The notes under the pieces are model-generated. The model saw nothing but the letters and a program-made list of their open reading frames with translations, ran no database searches and had not been told where the DNA came from. From positions 230,574-250,573 of the forward strand of contig ML996706.1 of the NCBI GenBank assembly GCA_010356995.1: a stretch of 20,000 nt of DNA, given 5' to 3'. This document shows, piece after piece, positions 18,701 to 20,000 of the stretch. How positions within the stretch are numbered: position 1 is the stretch's first letter; every line of letters starts with the position of its first letter. The DNA comes from Trichodelitschia bisporula. Lineage: Eukaryota. Made by a program: the position numbers and the translations under genes.

Positions 18701-20000
18701 GAGACAGGATCATCTGCGGTTGAGGTGATGAAACAAAATCTCGGTAAGTGGCTTTTACCTTTCTATGATGGTAGTTGTCATACGGTAGGGAAGAGAGGGC
18801 TAACCGCTGTCATTAGAATTCAATAAGGTCCTCGGTAAACTACCCACTGCTGTGGATACGCCGTTCAATGTACGCAAACGAGAACACGACACTGCCTGCC
18901 TTCCTGATACCCGTGTCGCACTTCTCAAGCAGATATATGAATGGGCTGATGGCATGGACTCCCCAAATATATTCTGGCTGAGCGGGTTGGCCGGCTATGG
19001 CAAGTCTACGGTTGCGCGAACAGTGGCCGCCAGATGTTTCAAGAAAGGCCTTAGCGCCAGTTTCTTCTTCACCAAAGGCGGCGGAGATGTTGGCCACGCC
19101 GGCATGTTTGTTACAAGCATCGCAGTGCAGCTTGCAAATAATGTGCCGGATCTAAAGCCGGTCATTTGCGATGCCATCGCCAAGCACAGCAACATCGCAA
19201 GCCTGTCTCTACGCGAGCAGTGGGACCGTCTTGTTCTCGCTCCTATATCGCTGTTTGGAACCGATCAATCCACTCCAAAATTTCTCCTGATTGTCGACGC
19301 TCTTGACGAGTGCACAGATGAGAGCGATGTGCGGATCATTCTTCAGCTTTTCGCCGAACTTCGAGGATCGCACCAAACCAGGCTCCGAGTATTTCTGACG
19401 AGCCGACCCGAAGCTCATATCCGGGATGGGATTCAGCATATACCAGAAGTGGAGCACTACGACTTTGAACTGCATGGCATTCAACAGTCGGTTGTCGAAC
19501 ATGATATCCGCGTTTTCTTAGGGCACGAGTTTCGCCGTATTTCCTGCAAGTACTTTGACCGCACTAACTGGCCAAGCGAGCAGATCATCAATCGTCTTGT
19601 TCAGAACGCAAGTGGCTTGTTCATCTGGGCTGCTACGGCATGCCGCTTTATTAGTGAAGGGAAACAATTCGCCGCCGACAGACTGGATTCGATCTTGGAC
19701 CAAGGCCATACCGAGGGGAACACTCCGGAGAAGCAGCTCAATGATATCTATTCTACTGTTCTCGAGCAAAGCATTCCTGCAAGCTTTTCGGAAAAAGAGA
19801 AGGAAAAGCTGCGGTCTATGCTGAAATCTCAACTTGGAAGCATTGTAACCTTATTCTCTCCACTTTCCACCCACTCCTTGAGCAAGCTGCTCAACATCCC
19901 ACAGAATGATGTGAGTCAGACAATGAGTGATCTTCACGCCATTTTGGACATTCCGAAGGAACCAGGTTACGCACTCCGTTTACACCACCCTTCATTCCGT
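15784..20000 (+). CDS. Fungal NLR (STAND): helical N-domain, C2H2-like zinc fingers, PNP_UDP nucleoside phosphorylase, HET-E-like NACHT; 3'-partial; exons 15784..16087, 16133..16778, 16831..18743, 18817..>20000
   Basis: Introns 16088..16132 (GTAGGC..CTGAT..TAG), 16779..16830 (GTAAAG..GCTAAC..TAG) and 18744..18816 (GTAAGT..GCTAAC..TAG) give one frame of 1349 codons. PNP motifs are YTIGWICAL, GIGGGVP, IRLGDVVVS, HYGTIASGN, CFEMEAAG and RGICDYADSHKNK. Hand translation of exon 4 gives CLPDTRVALL, Walker A WLSGLAGYGKST, Walker B LLIVDALDEC, VFLTSRPE, ASGLFIWAATACRFI and LHHPSF, with no stop to the window end. Confidence 0.9.

Noticed and set aside
12050..20000. Transposon or Starship boundary, or RIP-mutated DNA
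   Set aside because: No transposase or recombinase, terminal repeats or identifiable target duplication; both genes are intact and not AT-degraded.
1..20000. tRNA, rRNA, CRISPR array or prokaryotic operon signals
   Set aside because: None seen; spliceosomal introns show the DNA is fungal.

Overview
Eukaryotic, intron-containing DNA from a filamentous ascomycete (44-73 nt GT-AG introns with CTRAY-like branch sites). The left ~12 kb looks like core genome with GC-rich codon usage: a 5'-truncated Bud3-like RhoGEF (+), a secreted aspergillopepsin-type aspartic protease (-), a zinc alcohol dehydrogenase (-) and a CSC1/OSCA/TMEM63 (DUF221) channel (-). The right ~6.3 kb looks accessory and holds a head-to-head pair separated by only 345 nt. 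One gene encodes a 539-aa protein with a HET-S/HeLo-like hydrophobic N-terminal helix plus a kinase-like domain lacking catalytic motifs. The other is a >1349-codon NLR (helical domain, four C2H2-like fingers, NLS-bearing linker, PNP_UDP, HET-E-type NACHT) that runs off the window; the ORF track misses its NACHT exon. The best candidate for a new system is this apparently non-amyloid NLR/executioner pair. Other leads are a coding-like 51-codon in-frame extension behind the protease stop, a cryptic stop-codon intron that could give ADH an SKF peroxisomal signal, and SRE and TACSGTA motif clusters in the ADH promoter. Family assignments come from recognised motifs, not database searches.
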